Virus record (IMG/VR): IMGVR_UViG_3300045971_000344
Location: 124,001 to 188,000 of that record
DNA length: 64,000 nt
Strand: one strand, 5' to 3'
The number at the start of each line of letters is the position of its first letter. Position 1 is the stretch's first letter. The position numbers were made by a program, and so were the translations under genes. Below are positions 60,855 to 64,000 of this stretch, in pieces. The notes beneath the pieces are model-generated. The model was not told the DNA's origin. It ran no database searches and worked only from the letters and a program-made list of their open reading frames with translations.

Positions 60855-60888
60855 GTAGGCTGGTAGTACAAGTTACCTACCAGCCTAC
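60855..60888. promoter_or_regulatory. 12-bp perfect intergenic hairpin after the major tube gene
   Basis: GTAGGCTGGTAG (60855-60866) pairs with CTACCAGCCTAC (60877-60888); no U-tract on the minus strand. Confidence 0.6.
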
Positions 60889-60901
60889 TAACTAGTTACT
60901 A

Positions 60902-61453
60902 CTAAAACTGTGATGACCCAGTAGAGCTGTCTTGCTCATCTGCAAAGTCATATCTAAAGGTTGCACTTATCTCTGTAATGTTAGCACTGGAGCCGTCCAT
61001 GTTTACATCTTGTACTTCCGCACAGAACGTATTCCAAAGATAAATAGTCCCTGCAGGTGCACCTGTTTCATCATAAACAATGAACTGTCCCTTGGTAGCA
61101 TAATTTGCTCTACCTACGGACTTTTGTGTTCTAAAATCTCGTACAGCATTAACCCAGTTCTTAAGTGTTCTCTGAATATTCAGGGTTCTGGTCTCAATGA
61201 ACATAACGCTTAAGGTTCCTGGAAAGACCGTACGTCCAGCGGCATTGATCTTAAATCCGTGTATGGTCAAGTCCTGTGCTTCATTGGAAATCCCAGGGAT
61301 AGACGCGCTCTTACACTGTACGCGAAGTCCTTTTGAGTCCTTTGTTCCTGTTATTCCACTAGGGAGGGTTGGAAAATACAATTCAAAGTTATCCCCGTAA
61401 AGAGGGTCTTGAATATTTAGTACATCAAGTAGGTTTGTTCTTTCGATTGTCAT
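60902..61453 (-). CDS. Tail tube protein (T4 gp19-like)
   Basis: NFEL.FP, CKSASIPG, AGR..FPGTLSV.F.ET, W, EISATFRYD; directly after the sheath gene. Confidence 0.88.
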   Translation of the reverse strand: MTIERTNLLDVLNIQDPLYGDNFELYFPTLPSGITGTKDSKGLRVQCKSASIPGISNEAQDLTIHGFKINAAGRTVFPGTLSVMFIETRTLNIQRTLKNWVNAVRDFRTQKSVGRANYATKGQFIVYDETGAPAGTIYLWNTFCAEVQDVNMDGSSANITEISATFRYDFADEQDSSTGSSQF

Positions 61454-61465
61454 TTAATTCCTCCC

Positions 61466-63358
61466 TTATCCCAAAGTCGTTGCTGAGCCCAAAGAGACCC
61501 CAGCTTTATTTACAATCAGTTTTACGTTTATACGTTTTGCCGGGATCGTAGGCTCGAGATAAACATCTACATTCAGGTCACCCAGTGCAATATCATCATA
61601 AGTATTGTTTGCATTAGGCTCACCTGGGCCAGCGCAGACAACGTTGTAATTATACAGACCTCGTCCAAGTTTAATTGGTTCCAGAATATCGTTCAACCGC
61701 TGTACTATTTCTGCCCTCAGATAAGCATCATTCGGATCAAAGACGTTATACATTAACTGAGTATCAATGTTCCTGCTCAAGAACAGAATTAAGCGTACTA
61801 CGTTTACGTTAGACATAGCGCTTTCCATGCGCTGTAAAGTAGTTGCTCCCCAAAGAGCAGTACCAAGGTTTTCAAATACTCTGGTACAGTTGATTTGGTT
61901 GACTTCAAAGATGTCTCTGGAGTTTTGATGATAAATCATCTTTGTCCCAACAAAATTGGGGTCAATAGCATCCAGAAGGGCTCGTTTAAGACCCGCAGGT
62001 GCAAACCACGTTGCCCAGTTAGTGTCGGTAGCACAGTAAACTGCGGCGACATGACCTGATGGAGGAACAGTATTTACTTTACCTGTAAAGTTATCTACAA
62101 TATCAATCCATGGAGTGTAGATAGCTCCATAAGGAGTATCAACTGCGAGTCCACCATACTTGTTATCTCTATAGTCTACCGCATCCGTAGTAGGATCAAA
62201 ACGATTACCTTGCTTATCAAAAGGCATGTCCAGAATAACAAAGCAGTCTCCTCTCTTAATGGCGATATCCAGCATGCGCTTCTGTACTGAAGGGAAAGTA
62301 ATACCAGCATTAATCAGTAGGTCGAACTTAACTTCTTCACGCTCATAATACAGCTGAAGACCGCTGTTCTTAACAGGCGTAGGTGGATTAGCTATCTGTG
62401 AAGGGAATGCGTCTGTACCGTTGTAAATAATAGGCAGATCGGTCATACTAATAGGCGACCCATCTTCCATAGTTGTTCCACTTTCACCATTAGACAGATA
62501 AGCCAGGGATGCAGGATCTGTTCCTACAGGCGGTAAATACAGTAAGATATTATCTGAAGGAATCAATGAAGGGACAATTTTATCAGTATTTAGCGCGTTA
62601 TTAGCTACCCTGATATACTTGGACTTTCCGTTTATTACTGTCTCCAGAAATTGCTGACGACCATAGCCATCTACCTGCTGGTCACGACTTACTGTCCAAG
62701 TCTCTACAGGCCTAGAATTGGCCGCGCTATTTTTAGAGTAAACCAAAATCTGGAAAGTATTTGGATTAGACTTATCCGTGCTGTCTTTTATATTGGCAAC
62801 TGCTACCCGATAATTTCCATTATACTTATTAGGATCTGCCCCGTAAATATAAAAGAAGTCTGCGTATTTATCTGGGATCATTATAGGGTGTCCGCCTGCG
62901 TCAACCATAGGAACACCACCTGCATCAGTCTGCTGCTTCAAGGTATTGGTCAGACTAAAATCTGTATCGGCAGAGTCCAAGTAAAACATATTTGGATCAT
63001 ACGCGTCTACGTCTTTAGGTGTTGCCCATTGCTTGAATCCCATACCGCCCGAACCTTTGGTTACTGAGATCCCACCAAAACGTGCTCTGTGATGAACCCT
63101 GGTAATCAGGATCTCCTGCATATACAGTAAAGCGGTTAAGACAGTTTGATGCCCAAAACCTAGACTAGCGTCTGGAGTACCAAACAAAGACAGAAACTGA
63201 TTGGGACCATTTGTTATCTTAACAATTTGGTCAACAGGACCTTGATTAGATAACAATACGACCACGCCTTTACTTACTTGTTTTTGGTGTGAAGCAACCC
63301 GAGACCTATCTTCTACCTCGATGTATACTCCAGCTGATGCTTTAACAACTGATGCCAT
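61466..63358 (-). CDS. Contractile tail sheath protein (T4 gp18-like)
   Basis: AGVYIEVEDRS, GP, FG.P, RGDCFVILD, YTPW, VPPSGHVAA, WFAPAGLKR, WGATTL, NVVRL, FDPND, P..PAK.I. Confidence 0.95.
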   Translation of the reverse strand: MASVVKASAGVYIEVEDRSRVASHQKQVSKGVVVLLSNQGPVDQIVKITNGPNQFLSLFGTPDASLGFGHQTVLTALLYMQEILITRVHHRARFGGISVTKGSGGMGFKQWATPKDVDAYDPNMFYLDSADTDFSLTNTLKQQTDAGGVPMVDAGGHPIMIPDKYADFFYIYGADPNKYNGNYRVAVANIKDSTDKSNPNTFQILVYSKNSAANSRPVETWTVSRDQQVDGYGRQQFLETVINGKSKYIRVANNALNTDKIVPSLIPSDNILLYLPPVGTDPASLAYLSNGESGTTMEDGSPISMTDLPIIYNGTDAFPSQIANPPTPVKNSGLQLYYEREEVKFDLLINAGITFPSVQKRMLDIAIKRGDCFVILDMPFDKQGNRFDPTTDAVDYRDNKYGGLAVDTPYGAIYTPWIDIVDNFTGKVNTVPPSGHVAAVYCATDTNWATWFAPAGLKRALLDAIDPNFVGTKMIYHQNSRDIFEVNQINCTRVFENLGTALWGATTLQRMESAMSNVNVVRLILFLSRNIDTQLMYNVFDPNDAYLRAEIVQRLNDILEPIKLGRGLYNYNVVCAGPGEPNANNTYDDIALGDLNVDVYLEPTIPAKRINVKLIVNKAGVSLGSATTLG

Positions 63359-63373
63359 AGAAGCTCCTTTCTA

Positions 63374-63700
63374 TTAGATATTATCTTGTTGTACATCTGT
63401 ACTAGAAGTGTTTGGTACATCTTGTGAACCACTCGTCTTACTTTTCTTATTACCGTAAAAAGTAGACGCGGCTGGTGACGCAGCTGGAGCAGAGGTCTCG
63501 ACCTTAGCTACTACGGGTCCATCTTTTAAGATCTTTAGACCTTTCTTAGTAAGGTCAGCCGCAGGGGTAAGAATTGTATCTTCATCAATTGATATTTGCT
63601 GACGACTTAATACTGTTGCGGAATCATGGTCTCCTTGCCGGTTAATAAATTCAATCCTCTGTGCGGTCTGGCCAAAATTTACTACTTTTACATTCGCCAT
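63374..63700 (-). CDS. Small protein upstream of the sheath gene
   Basis: Likely start MANVKVV at 63700 after SD AAGGAG. Confidence 0.65.
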   Translation of the reverse strand: MANVKVVNFGQTAQRIEFINRQGDHDSATVLSRQQISIDEDTILTPAADLTKKGLKILKDGPVVAKVETSAPAASPAASTFYGNKKSKTSGSQDVPNTSSTDVQQDNI

Positions 63701-63716
63701 AATACGGGTTCTCCTT

Positions 63717-64000
63717 TTAGGGTAGTGAAAGTACAGGCAATCCTTTTGTCTCACCTTTTCTTGTGTATACTAAAATATTTGTATCTATTTTATCCAAGGG
63801 TATAAAGGTAGCACCATTTTCTACAGGTACTCCCATCTCTACCCCACTTAAATTCTTAAGTTTGACCTTATGTTTTTTCCTGTTTAACTGGGTTACGTTT
63901 ATATAGAGGCCTTGATTAAGGATCTTATCGTCTGTACTATACCAAACGGTCGTTATTACGGGTAGTTCTGTTATGGGTACTTTAAGCCAGACACGACCCA
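63717..64000 (-). CDS. 3' end of a CDS entering from outside the window (position typical of a tail terminator/neck gene)
   Basis: Open frame GRVWLKVPITELP...GLPVLSLP, TAA at 63717-63719. Confidence 0.6.
   Translation of the reverse strand, partial: GRVWLKVPITELPVITTVWYSTDDKILNQGLYINVTQLNRKKHKVKLKNLSGVEMGVPVENGATFIPLDKIDTNILVYTRKGETKGLPVLSLP

Noticed and set aside
1146-63067. All plus-strand ORFs in the track
   Set aside because: Each lies mostly or wholly antisense to longer minus-strand genes with recognisable motifs; these are shadow ORFs.
1-64000. Stop-codon reassignment
   Set aside because: Genes are long and densely packed under the standard code, and TAA, TAG and TGA all end genes.

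Overview
A 64-kb piece of an AT-rich, standard-code, contractile-tailed (myovirus) large or jumbo phage genome. Every credible gene is on the minus strand. The right ~43 kb (21.5-64 kb) is a tail morphogenesis block: sheath, two tube-fold genes, tail/baseplate assembly chaperone, tape-measure-like protein with an NlpC/P60 hydrolase, hub, spike, gp25, wedge proteins, four fibre genes, three paralogous virion proteins and fibre chaperones. A lysis region follows (membrane protein, GIY-YIG endonuclease, signal-peptide CHAP lysin), then an Acb1/gp57B-like 2H phosphoesterase and an NAD+-dependent DNA ligase. The most striking part is the left ~14 kb. About 15 otherwise unrelated proteins there start with the same short basic-hydrophobic leader (M-R-K-[VIT]-[VI]-[LI]-[AS] and variants ending in [VET]-[ILV]-[AS]). 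Up to nine of them carry ADP-ribosyltransferase-like motifs of several clades, including a PARP-like one, and one carries a JAB/MPN motif. I read this as a candidate leader-tagged, capsid-packaged and injected effector cocktail (inference). Other points: a CCC-UAG +1 shifty-stop candidate in the tail chaperone, a frameshifted ART gene, and an endonuclease insertion that apparently left an orphan copy of the lysin 5' end next to an RBS-sequestering RNA structure. All calls come from reading motifs by eye; no database searches were run.
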